The notes beneath the pieces are model-generated. The model had not been told where the DNA came from and did not search any database. It saw only the letters and a list, made by a program, of their open reading frames with translations. A program made the translations under genes and the position numbers. Below are positions 1 to 11,107 of a stretch of 32,459 nucleotides of DNA, one piece after another; position 1 is the first letter of the stretch, and every line of letters starts with the position of its first letter. This DNA is from Paraglomus brasilianum (taxonomy: Eukaryota). The stretch is taken from positions 1-32,459 of the forward strand of contig CAJVPI010000374.1 in NCBI GenBank assembly GCA_910592345.1, written 5' to 3'.

Positions 1-299
1 GTACACTCTTACCTACGGGAGATCTACCTAAACCAAGAAATAGCTATGATATGGATTCAGCTGCAGGTATGAAGACAACCCATTTGTATAAATAAAGTCA
101 ATTTACAATATTAACACCGTGCATTTCTTATAATTTAGATACGCAAACTCTTTTTTGAATAAACTTGTAATTCAACAGGCTTATCAGTTATACAAGTTTT
201 ATTCAAAGGTTTGAATTATATAACGATGTGCTGAAACGTATGTTAATATGGTTGAGTTAACAAAATGCCGAAATAAAATCGTACACGAAATCCTTATGT

Positions 300-631
300 T
301 AGCAACTGTAGCGTCTGTGTAAGAGCCGGAGCACGCAATCCACATCGGATGACATTTCAGCCTTCGATGGGCGTTGGTAATATGTGCCCATGATGATACG
401 CCTAACGAGTATTGTAGGCGACTGTGTTTCCTGTTTACCATGAATAAAAGTGATTTGAGATCGTTGAGCAGAGCATGAAACAGGCGAGTGAAGTTTAGCA
501 CTTGTGCATAAATGAAACAAGAACCGCACCAATATCGGCAAACTTTCTGTCCTCGAAAATCATAAAATCATGACTTTCTGACAATGCATGTAATTTTACT
601 ATTAAGTCTTCGTCAAAATCCTCAATAATAT
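300..631 (-). pseudogene. URA3: Orotidine-5'-phosphate decarboxylase (URA3/pyrG) pseudogene fragment
   Basis: Minus strand 631-530 reads [34 protein letters not shown], the OMPDC DxKxxDIG active-site motif. A GT-AG intron (529-431) follows, then GNTV, a frameshift, RLQYSLGVSSWAHITNAH, a deletion, AEMSS and (another frame) GSYTDATV. The N-terminus (KTH motif) and C-terminus are not found. Confidence 0.9.
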
Positions 632-1084
632 TGTATATTTCGTAAAGCGTCGGATTTATCTCTAGCCTGCCGGACCCAAACTTTATATACGTTCACGGGC
701 CAAAATGCGGTTGTTTCTCGTTGGTTTCCGTCAACGGATTAGTCTCGCTATATTCGGGATTAAGCGATTTGTATTTAGAAATTTGGAGTTTTATTGCTGA
801 TACTCTTCGTATTTGTATGTTTACAGCGAACAATTGCACGATTAATAATTGTATGTATTGCATATCCGCCGGCCAATTAAAACTTAAACTTGGATTTCTT
901 TGACGATATGGTACTTACAATGCCATCAATCATATAATCGATACCAGTAAAAAAATAGTTAGACAGGAATACAAAGTAAACCCGGTTACAACGAAGAGGG
1001 CGGTGCTATTGTATTAGTAAAAAAGTTTGGTTTAAACAAGGTTTACATAGTAAATTCGGTTTAATCACTACTCCTGGTTGGTTA

Positions 1085-2077
1085 ATAAATTCAGTTAATG
1101 AAGTTTGGCGTTTAGCCTTTTTCTACGGATTCATCTAAGCGTCGAATTATACTACGTATATATTTTACATCATTTTCTGTTGTAAACCCTTTTTGCTTAA
1201 CTATACCAAGTGCTTGTCTTCCCGTTCGCACAGAAATACCGTATTTCTCGACTAAAGTACCCCCTAACATAGTACCATCCCACCATTTTGAAGCCCATGG
1301 AATGTAAAATACCATGGTACTATGATTGGTTATACCATCATATATTCCTCTCTAAAACACCAGGAACGACGCTGTTTACATGTAATACGTGCCTTTCAAA
1401 TCATATTAAAGCAAGCAAGATGTTGCAAATTTTATTCGTGTTTCGTAAGATGCAAAATCTTTTTAAGTACGTTACAACCAATAAAATATTACATCGTCAT
1501 ATCATAATACGTACCACCCCTAGTATAATACCACTATCCGATCAAAGACCACTCCATGCATAGTACAACGAGGTTTTGTAAAATACCACTGGTACTTTAG
1601 TCCGAGAAATACGGTAATTTTTTCCTCCTCGTTGCTCGAGTTTTCTTCAACATGTTGCTGCAGTACACCTTCAGCCATCAGAAATTCCTCGAATATATCT
1701 TCTTCTGTTGGTAACTCTGTACTAACCGAGCTGTTATCACTTCAAGGTACTCATTCGCAAGCTTCAGATTACTTGGAGCTAAAAGTAAGTCGTTCATACA
1801 ATCATCCGCTTCATTTCATTTTTAATGGTTTCCACAGGTAAAATGCCTGTATTTTGCCAACAATTTTTTATAGTGGTTGGTTTGACTTTCCCCCAAGCAT
1901 CTGCAATAAAAGCTCTTTTTTTTTCGAAGAATGTTACTTATTGTCGAACGATCCACACCAAATTCGTTTGCCAATTTTTTATCACTTAGTCTTAGGTCGG
2001 TTTCTTTTCTTTTATTTTATCTTCAAGTGATAAATTTATTCTTTGCCTTTTTTTCTGATGTTTGCGGAACTATCCAT
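1085..2077 (-). mobile_element. Internally deleted pogo/Tigger-type transposase remnant, interrupted by a MITE
   Basis: From ATG 2077 a CENP-B-N-type HTH (NLSLEDKIK...LSDKKLANEFGVDRSTISNILRKK, frameshifted) joins directly to the post-DDE segment FIADAWGKVKPTTIKNCWQNTGILP. An acidic linker follows (ELPTEEDIFEEFL...NEEE) and, beyond the MITE, ISVRTGRQALGIVKQ...SVEK/KRQTSLTEF. Confidence 0.85.
1239..1614. mobile_element. 376-bp MITE (Tc1/mariner superfamily, pogo-like ends) with TA target-site duplication
   Basis: The left end is CCGTATTTCTCG-ACTAAAGTACC and the reverse complement of the right end is CCGTATTTCTCGGACTAAAGTACC (1 indel). TA flanks both ends (1237-1238, 1615-1616). Removing it rejoins the flanking transposase-like peptide. 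Confidence 0.9.
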
Positions 2078-2373
2078 ACTAAAATTGATTTTAATGATTA
2101 ATCGATAAGGATTTATTTTTTTAATAGCGGGAAGGTTAAGCAACACACACTCTTTTATATATTCGAAACTATGGTCTTGGCTTAAACGTCATCTGGTTTG
2201 CTAAAAGTGGCGTATTTATGACCTGATTGCTTTTCAACACGGTTTGGTATTTAACATATTGTAAAGATTGAATCCATATTTTTAAAGTTTGTTGCCTCAA
2301 CTCAGCCTATAACATCTATTTGCGCAATGCAAACATTTCCTTTTTCTAATGTAGACTTTTCTTTTTATTATCT

Positions 2374-2430
2374 TTTGGCAATGATCAACACCAAAAAACC
2401 CCTTTCGATTTAAAGTTACTAGATACTAGT
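2374..2430 (+). repeat. Dispersed short repeat, copy 1 (copy 2 at 14689-14736)
   Basis: TTTGGCAATGATCAACACC is identical in both copies and is followed by AAAAA.C..CCTTTC.ATTT...TACTAGT. Confidence 0.6.
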
Positions 2431-3439
2431 AGCTAGTAGCTATTGCTGTGGTGGCAAAAAATGCTTGTCGGAAAGCCACTTTATATATATAATTTGGTAA
2501 ACAATATATATATTATAAATAATAAAAATATATCGCCTTATAACATATAATAAAATAATTAGATCGGTTTGTTCATATAAAAATTTCAATCTAAGGTGTT
2601 GATCCGCTCAAAGCTATATGATAAACCAAGTGATCAATCATTACGGAAAATTGGTTGTAATTTTTTTTGTTATACCAGTTTCAATGGTATACTATCTAGC
2701 GCTGTCGCTTGCCTTCATGCCACTCTAAAGCAACTAACGATTAATTTCCTCATTTTCATGTGTTTGTCCTAAAAATAAACATGAGAACATTTTATTAATG
2801 TAAATAATTTTCGCATACACAACCAATAAATAGATTGGGATTGTTCTGTTCACGGCTAATGACGTTTAAAAATAAATTTCCTGTCTATCTCTAAAAACTT
2901 AAAATTTAGTTAGTATATTATCAAACACGTACTATTCTATTTGTCAACCCATGTGCTTATCTATTGCGGATTTTGCTCAAAACCTTAAATAATCAAATAG
3001 CCTTAAAAATCAATATTACCGAGTCATTGTACTTATACCTTTTTGTAGTCCCAGCAATAGTACAGTGTACAATAAATAGTTCGACTGAAAATATTAGTAT
3101 GAGTATTGTGAACGTTATATTAGTTTTTAACAGTATATCGATATCGGCTATTTTCCCGCATAAATAGAATGAAACAAATAAAGTTGTACAATATTTTTGT
3201 GTAAAATTTAACCCAATGACATATATGCATGTACAATACTTCCGGAAGTAAGAAAGAATCCCTAACTATCATCCGATGTTTACATTTTATTTTGTTCACA
3301 CGATACAATAAACGACATGTCACAACATGAAATAATATAAAAGGTGCAATCAATCGCAATCTTTTAATTATGTTCGCAACATACACTATAATAATCTTTA
3401 AGATTGTTGACAATTCGTTCGAAGGGGAAAGAAACGCTT

Positions 3440-3766
3440 AAAATCCAAACAACTCCCTCCTGTCAAACTTGACACACCGTCCAACATTACTCATATTTCC
3501 CCTCAACACATTATATTCAACACAGACCACAAATAAACGTTACTGTTTCTCAGTACAATCACCACCACTAATAACACATCCAAATCAACACACTAATCAT
3601 CAGACAACACACACCAGTCAAACCGGTCGAAAATAAACCATCCAATAAAGACTTTGATAATAAAATTCTGCAGTCAGAAAATAAATGTTTAATATCCTAT
3701 ATACCACCATTTTTCCCCCCGTGCTAGACTTTATTTAGACTACTCGGTATTCTAATTAAATCTATT

Positions 3767-3804
<38 letters not shown>
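3440..3804 (+). mobile_element. Probable 3' end of a non-LTR retroelement or retroposed sequence with poly(A) tail
   Basis: An A/C-rich, G-poor segment ends in AATTAAA (3754-3760) and a 37-nt poly(A) run (3768-3804). There is no convincing TSD and the 5' boundary is approximate. Confidence 0.5.
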
Positions 3805-3810
<6 letters not shown>

Positions 3811-4269
3811 GAAGACCTTGGAGCAGCCAAGTATTGACTTCTTTCTGTCAGAGACACATTTCGCAAGACATGGAAGGTAGTACGGCCTAGATTCCAACAA
3901 ACAGTGAATAATGAAGGAATTCCGGGATCTAGGTGGAAAAAAAAACTGAAAACGTCTTACTTAAAGGCAGAAGTTAACGGAACTCTGGCTTTGTATTTCA
4001 AGGGTCATATAGATGAGTATATGTGCATAAATTTTTATAAGCAATAGTAGTGAATGGTAAAAGTATCTTTAAGGAGCATGCCGTAGAATGGGAGAGAGGG
4101 ACGAAAGACGTAGGAATGATGACAGTCTTTCCATGTTTGAAAGCATTGCGCTGCTAGCTAATATCATTTATGAAAGGGAGGTGGCCCGCCTGTTTTTACA
4201 TTTTCTCAACTTAGGTCTATCACTGAAGCTAAGGAGAACAGTTAAGGTTTCGATCTAACGGCATCCTTG

Positions 4270-4665
4270 GGTGTTATATCGTTTTTTTCTTTGATAGATA
4301 CATTTCGGATACAAGTTTCTGTACGAACGCTTTGACTTCATGTTGTGTAATTCCAACGTGTTTCTCATACAGCATAGTGAATGTTTTATGATATTCAAAA
4401 TGAAAGGCCGCAACATGGAATTTCTCTAAGAGAGCTTCTCGTAATTCCTTGTCGTGTAAGTTAGAATTAATCGTTTTTTGATCCGTTGAGAGTTTTCGTC
4501 TGTCGGCTTCTCAGTATAAAATAGACAACCGCTCTTGTTGTCGTAAGTAAGGTCTTTACATCTCCGACGCAAATTGTACTTTGGCACAAAGACACCAGAC
4601 TGAAGATAAGAAACAATATCATTGAAGTCTTCAGGTGTGTCAGGTATTTTCGGTAATTTGACCAT
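4270..4665 (-). mobile_element. Integrase-like (Ginger/gypsy-type H2C2 zinc-binding region) remnant
   Basis: ORF 4426-4665 (IVSYLQSG...NLRRRCKDLTYD...CLFY...KKRLI) continues after frameshifts as REALLEKFHVAAFHFEYHKTFTMLYEKHVGITQHEVKAFV / ETCIRNVSIKEKNDITP. This is an HxxxxH...(C)xxC pattern. No catalytic core follows. Confidence 0.65.
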
Positions 4666-5520
4666 TATAAATGAAGCAACAATATAAAGTAAAGCGGATT
4701 AAGTAAGATAGGATAAACACAAAAAAAGTGCATTTTAGAAAAGAACTGAATCATCGCTATATAACAGTATTTACAGTAATCATCTGATCTTGATTCTTGT
4801 GTAGATATTTCGTAAACCACTAAAAATGGAAGATGGCTAAAGCGGAGTAGAACGTAACCTGATCCATGCAATTACATTAGTCAAATTTTACGTCAACCAA
4901 TGAAATTGTAAATAATCTAACCTATGCCCAAAAATAAAATATAAAAATGGGAATCGTCTGATTATCATATTAATATGGCAATTGGATTTCTTGCATTGTT
5001 TCCAAAATATTGACACGCAATTGTGTACGCAATTAAACGCGCAAAGATCCATACTCTCATCCTCGTGAAATATATAAATAGGACGTAAGAACATAATAAT
5101 AACATTTCTTTAATTTTATCCCTAAAACTCTTATATGATACAGCAATCGTAATATATGCAATACAGTCTGATTGACTTGTGAGAGCCACTGGATGAAGTG
5201 CATGGATAACAATAATAAAGTATGATTTGATTATGATATTTTACGTTGCACTCTATTTATGATATTCCTTATTGCACAATTTAACACGGTGATTATATGG
5301 CAAACTTTTTCTTAGTTCTCATCGCATACACGGTGAATTATAACCACCTTGTAAAATACACGTTATAATTATCTAATGATGATATTTACTATATGACTTC
5401 TTTTTTAACCTTCATCCATATTATCTTGATTAACTAAATTTGTGTATTTGTGCTACATTTCAAATGGTCCTCAAATTTTATCCCAAAAAAGACCCAGATT
5501 TTGTTTTAATCTGATCTGCC

Positions 5521-5845
5521 ACATTAATGCTGATGAAACAGCTCTCTTTTACCATATAAGACACTCTCTTCTCATTCAGTTTCTGGTGTTAAAAAGATAA
5601 AGGATAGGATAATCATTCTACTTGCTTGTAATGCAATTGGGACGGAGAAATTGCTTCTTCCCATATACAAAATACAAAACTCACGACGTATGAAGAATAT
5701 TAACAAAGACACACTCTCAGTACATTACTACTGGGACTCTTCCGCATGGATGCAATCAAGCACTGGCTAAATAAGCTAAATTCCGATATGCGTCATAAAC
5801 AACGAAAATTCTCCTACTTGTTGACACTGCCACTTCACACACACA
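5521..5845 (+). mobile_element. pogo/Tigger DDE_1 transposase catalytic-domain remnant
   Basis: Frameshifted peptides INADETALFY, SGVKKIKDRIIILLACNAIGTEKL, HYYWDSSAWMQ and WLNKLNSDMRHKQRK/LLLVDTATSH are hallmark DDE_1 motifs. Confidence 0.9.
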
Positions 5846-5894
5846 CCAGTTCGGTAAAGACTCATTATTTAGTAATATTACTGTTTATTATTTT

Positions 5895-6190
5895 CCAGTC
5901 TATCGTTAATCCAAAGTCAACGGGACCGAGGCTTAAATTCGATTAACGGCATTTTTGGATTTACGAGGTTTGTTCTCAATAATCTGAACACGCTATTGAA
6001 TAGTTTGGTTTGCAACTTAAGTCTTTGTAATTGTTTAGTTACCACAACATACACAAAATGGTTCTACACTCTTCCCACCTGCTAACATCTGATTATGTCG
6101 TCTCGTTTGAGGTGCAAAAAAACTGTCAATATGTAATTGTCGCTTACTTTGTATTTCAAGTACTTTAATTATTCGATGTAACTCTAAGAT
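5895..6190 (-). mobile_element. Terminus and C-terminal fragment of a second pogo-like element
   Basis: CAGTCTATCGTTAATCC...CGGGACCG at ~5896 resembles Tigger-type termini. The minus strand at ~6190-6115 reads ILELHRIIKVLEIQSKRQLHIDSFF, a KQxxIxxFF-type C-terminus. Confidence 0.45.
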
Positions 6191-6614
6191 CGACTGACTA
6201 CAAGGCGTCGAATTTCATATTTTTGTAATAGAGCTTAATGCTTTCATTAGCTAATGCAACGAAACTGGGCTTTTATTTTACACGGTTCGAGTGTTTCAAT
6301 GACGTCTTTATCAATAAAATGTTACATTCATTCGAACTGCGTGGCAATGTTCCACGACCTCGTGATAGTTGATTGTTGTACTCTAAGCCGTAAATTACAT
6401 CGCAGTCATTATATCATTTCTTGACCTGTTGCAACGGATTCATCAAATGCATTGATACAGTTTTCACACAAGTTTTCTGCTGGGACTACACAATAATAAA
6501 AATGGGAATAAAAATACAAAAAAATTTTCTTTCTTTATTTATGTACCAGATAACTCCTACATGGCAATGTATTACACACACACAAGCATATTAAATTTCC
6601 ATTATAATAAAAAT

Positions 6615-6865
6615 TTTTTCTTTGCCGATCCATTGCCGATCCGTTGCCGATCCATTACCGATCTTTCAAACTGAAGATACGCCCTCAAAATTTTGACAGC
6701 AGATCTGTTTCATAAAACAATGGACGTTTGCTTATTGGAGATTTTTAAAAACTGGTCTTTTTTATCTTTTTCGTAACAAAAGCTCAATTAGTTTATGAAA
6801 CAAACGTTAATCTATCTGGTGTCAAAAATTTGATGGCGTATCTTTTTTTCTTCGGCAAAGAAAAA
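6615..6865. mobile_element. Fold-back/MITE-like element with long imperfect inverted repeats
   Basis: TTTTTCTTTGCCGA (6615-6628) pairs with TCGGCAAAGAAAAA (6852-6865). AAGATACGCCCTCAAAATTTTGACAGCAGAT...TGTTTCATAAA pairs with the reverse complement of ~6792-6844. The left arm has about 4 copies of an 11-nt TTGCCGATCCA-like unit. Confidence 0.7.
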
Positions 6866-7782
6866 CTTTGTGCAAATATGGACCTCATGTTTGTAACAGT
6901 GGATATCGTACCCCCCAGTAATATGACCCGAGATCGGGAACACAGAATAGAGTGCATTTAGGGTATGTACATTTAGGGAATGTGCATTAGGGAGTGTCGG
7001 CTGAAGACTACGCCATCCTATTAAAGCAAATTGGTTGACTATGATCTGGGTACAGTATATTATCCTCTTGAAATACAGCTTTCTTTCCGGGCATTGATAA
7101 AGAGAGTGGATCATCTCATTTAACATAAATGCATTAATGACTGAGTTCAAGAGTAATTCTTGAATAAGAGCGATTAGAACAAGTAGCATCGAATTTATTT
7201 TACTTTATTAGCCACGTCTATTTGCTGACAAGACATTTTCATCGATAAGAGTATCTTTTTGCATTGTAGAAGTCATTCTACCTCAGAACTCGTCAATTTA
7301 GCATTTTCATCTGAAACTTTTTTCGAACAACGGCCAAAAAAATCATAACTATTTATTAGCTTCTGAAGGTAAGTCGATACGTCGTGACTTTTGGAGGCAG
7401 ACATGAAAGAGTAAAAATTTTTGAGACTACATAATTTTAACGTTTTAACAAAGGTATTTAAACAGTGTCTACTCTTATGTCTGGTTTTTTATTTTTTGAA
7501 CATAAGTAATTATCCATTTTTTTTGCTGCTACTAAACACCATTGATAAGAACGTAACCCAGACATACCAATCTATTCACTATTAGGTTATACTATCAAAC
7601 TTCAAAATTAACGCCCGCAACAATCTATTCCAAAGAGGATACGGAATACAACGGGCACAATACATCATAAGCCCCCTCCTCAAACATTTAGCAAAATCCT
7701 TACAACACTCCATTCGACTGCCTACAACCCGTCAACCAACTGACTACAACATAAAGATTACACATCCATCGACTACACAATT

Positions 7783-8644
7783 ATGGCTCGGATTCGGTAC
7801 AGATTCACTGAGGAAAAAAAACGTTGCTATTTCAAGTGTTATTGTTTTAGTTGCTTGTTTATAATTGTGGCTGCTATTATAATACCTATTACAATAGCGC
7901 TTCTCAAAAAAGATCTTCAAATTACGTTCGTGGGGGTGATACCATCACCTGACGAAACAATCTCGTATGCAGATAACAATACTGCATTCACTGCTAACGC
8001 GGGATTTCTTCGGTTTAATGTCTTCAATTCTCTCAGCGTTAAAACAACTGCTAGGATAAGCGCAAAGGTAATTATATTAATATATAAGGATAGTCCATAC
8101 CTGGAACCCATGCCATTTGAGTAATTTTATTTGTTTTCTGCACCTCAGCTGTCTGTTGCTAAATCGTATATTCTTTCCCTTACCCTTTATTCCCGAAAGG
8201 CTTACTATTCTTTTGGTTATACGAACAATTATTTTTACAAAGACGATTATTTTGGAATTGGCAGTCTAGACACACACCTGAAGGCTAAATCCAATACGAC
8301 AATAGATGTGCCCTTCTCGATCGACTATAATACAAATAGAGATTATAATCTGCCTATCATCAACGATATAATCAACAAATGTGGCTTCACTGGGAACAAG
8401 CCACTACCATTGCAAATCTATTATACGGTGAAATTTACTCAGGATATAATAGTATTTATAACACTCAGCGTGAATGATTGCAATGGCTTCACAGACATTG
8501 ATTGTCCATTTAAGGTGAGCGTTCAAGCCAATCGGCTGTTTGTGTAATGGCTTTAACTGATAGACTTTACCTTTCTTTGTACAGGATGGAAAAGTGCCTC
8601 CAATACCTGGTGTTTATATCGGTAATTCAACAGCTAAAAATTAA
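7783..8644 (+). CDS. LEA_2/WHy-like type II membrane protein (3 exons: 7783-8067, 8200-8514, 8585-8644; ~219 aa)
   Basis: A Cys-rich stretch and a single TM helix (CYFKCYCFSCLFIIVAAIIIPITIALL) precede a beta-rich domain (FNVFN...ISAK|AYY...GIGS...SNTTIDVPFSIDY...IINDIINKCG...IDCPFK|DGKVP). The phase-0 GT-AG introns 8068-8199 and 8515-8584 keep the frame. The start codon is uncertain. Confidence 0.75.
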
Positions 8645-9844
8645 AATTTACCTTTCAATAACACTTTTAATACCTGATATTGTACAAAAGATGAATATAA
8701 TAATGAGCTTACAACATATTTTTGCGAACTGCATGCAAGTTGCACAAAATCTTTGTAAATTATATGTACGGCCACAATAACATAACATCAGAAACATAGA
8801 TAATTTACTGATAATAGAAATACTGACACACTTGTTCCGACCCTGGTTTTACGGCTGAAAAAAAAAGTAACCGGTTTTGATATTACAGTTTTTAATCACA
8901 CAAATAATTGTATTATCAATTTTTTCCATTGTGCATGTCACATACGATATACGACAACCCCTACGACAACCCCACTACCGCAGATAGTCATTGGTTTTTA
9001 GAATAAAATTACTTATTATGGGCTGGGCAAATACAAACCAGCATATTATCTGTGTGCACATACTGGATATTTCAGGTGATTATTGATTTCTGGGAGCCTA
9101 ACGCTTGGATTATAGACGCAGCTATTAACATGAAAAATTTTATAATAACGCAGTCATCAGGTGGGGATACACTGAAACCGCTAAATAATAATAGCGGAGC
9201 CTTTTATCCTCAATCTATTCATTACCAGGTAGAGATTTTATCCCTTATGCAATTTATAAATTCTTATTCGCATTTACTTTTTAAATGACAACTGTAATTT
9301 TTATAGTAAATTGTTATTTATATTACATCTCCATCTCAGAGAAAATTTTAGCACGATTCATGTTCTGCGAAACCAAGCTTGTTTTACTAATAAGATTCTT
9401 AACGTTTTTAACAAACTTTGTACAGAATGTAATAGTAGAAATTATATGACAGTTTGTGTAATATTAGTGTAAAAGACTTCGAATAATGTTAGTAATCTCA
9501 AAGTCAGTGGACGGTTTATTAGACGTTCAGCTAAAAAGTCATTGTTTTATTGAGTAAGATAATGTTCTTTTATAATTACATATTCCCGCGACGATATCTG
9601 TATATAACTATGACGATATATATGGAATAAAAATATATGTATAATTATGACTAAATAACTAAATAATGATGCAATAAAAGCGTAAACATATTACGACATA
9701 GATAATACACTAAATAGTATCGTCTTCACTATTACTCAATGATTACGATATTGCAATATCATAATCGTAACAATTTGCAAATTGTTACAATTAGTATCAT
9801 ATAGTAATTAGGGATTGATTTGTAATGTTAGTACGTATATAGTG

Positions 9845-10062
9845 ACAGTAAAATAGGATATAACCGAGGTATGATATCTATATGATATGGTAATTTGGGA
9901 CGGCAAAGTATTGGGATAGTAATAGGGATATATCTGAAAGGGATACAAGTGAGGTAAATTTATATTGAAATACAATAAATAGAGGAAATCGTTCCGCTTC
10001 AGAGGTGGGATATATCTGAGGTTGGGATATTAAAGGGTGGGGATTTAAAAGAGGTATGACTG
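9845..10062. repeat. Cluster of GGGATA(N)nGAGGT motifs; probable DNA-transposon terminus/MITE remnant
   Basis: Repeated GGGATA...GAGGT units end in GAGGTATGACTG, whose reverse complement CAGTCATACCTC is a Tigger-like end. The same motif family occurs at 18141-18495. Confidence 0.5.
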
Positions 10063-11107
10063 TCGAAATATGTTCTACTATTGATCGTGAGTCAATTTTT
10101 GTTACTGCTGAGTGTAGCCGTCTTTCTTTATTAAACCTAGGTTAAATTATGTAGCAATAGCACCTATGATTTATCCTGTGATATTAATATGTTAAAAACT
10201 AGCTTTTGTGCGTCTCTGTATAGTTTGGCAATAAAAGTCATGCTCGATATTGTGCGTAGCCGTCTCCAACACACAATTAAAGCGAATGGTTAGCAAGGTT
10301 GTGTTTAGAGCTAAGCTGAGAAATCGCCTGGTCACCAATTAAAAACAACACTCTCAAGAAATCACACATCACATTAATATAACAATATTAATTTTTATTT
10401 TTCGCGAATGATTTTAGGCCACAAAAAGACTCGCCCCGTTTTGCTACGAGTAATAATGTTGACACAACATCATTAACTCTTATTCTTAGCGAACGTATTC
10501 AATCACGAACGCTTTTACTTTATTCTTAAACATGATCTTTCTCAGCGGAAAAGTATTGTTCCAATGAACTAATATGTCCGTAATAGAGCTTTATTTCATT
10601 ATAGCTTTCATTATCGCAGCGGAAGTCTTATAGTTAACAAGCTTTTATATCACTACGTTTATATCGTTCTGCTCCTTCTTCACAATAGTCGCTTCGGGAG
10701 ACTTAAGAACGATTATTCATTATCCTTTCATTCGAACTGATCGTTTTCAATAAGTTCACCGAGTTTCGTTATGCATTAGATTTCATATACTGATATGCAA
10801 GGTCGATCATGTTCAGGATTCCATTTATCAATGGTAATAGTTGAATTATTTTCGAGAATAAGGGTTAGAAATTATTTATTTGGTTGTTTTCAAGTTATCA
10901 AGACCAGATACAAAAAGTATGCAGAAAACTGCTTGGGGAGCAGTCATATTTAAGCATTTTGAGAACTAATTTCTGACTCCACAGCTAATTAATAATACAA
11001 AAATAAATTTTTAGTCATACTAATATAGGAAGAATTGGTAATAAGATATATAAATCCTATATTATAAGTTTTTAGATAAATATAAAGTGTCTGCAATTTT
11101 ATTTGCT

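Noticed and set aside
6812..7189. 125-aa minus-strand ORF
   Set aside because: It runs across a tandem repeat and into the fold-back arm, and has no recognisable domain.
10560..10810. Possible Sel1-like remnant on the minus strand
   Set aside because: It needs several assumed frameshifts and is too short to support.
10859..10868. AGGGTTAG, a telomere-like 8-mer at the edge of the TERT block
   Set aside because: It is barely more than one TTAGGG unit and is expected by chance. It would only matter if other copies of the block end the same way.
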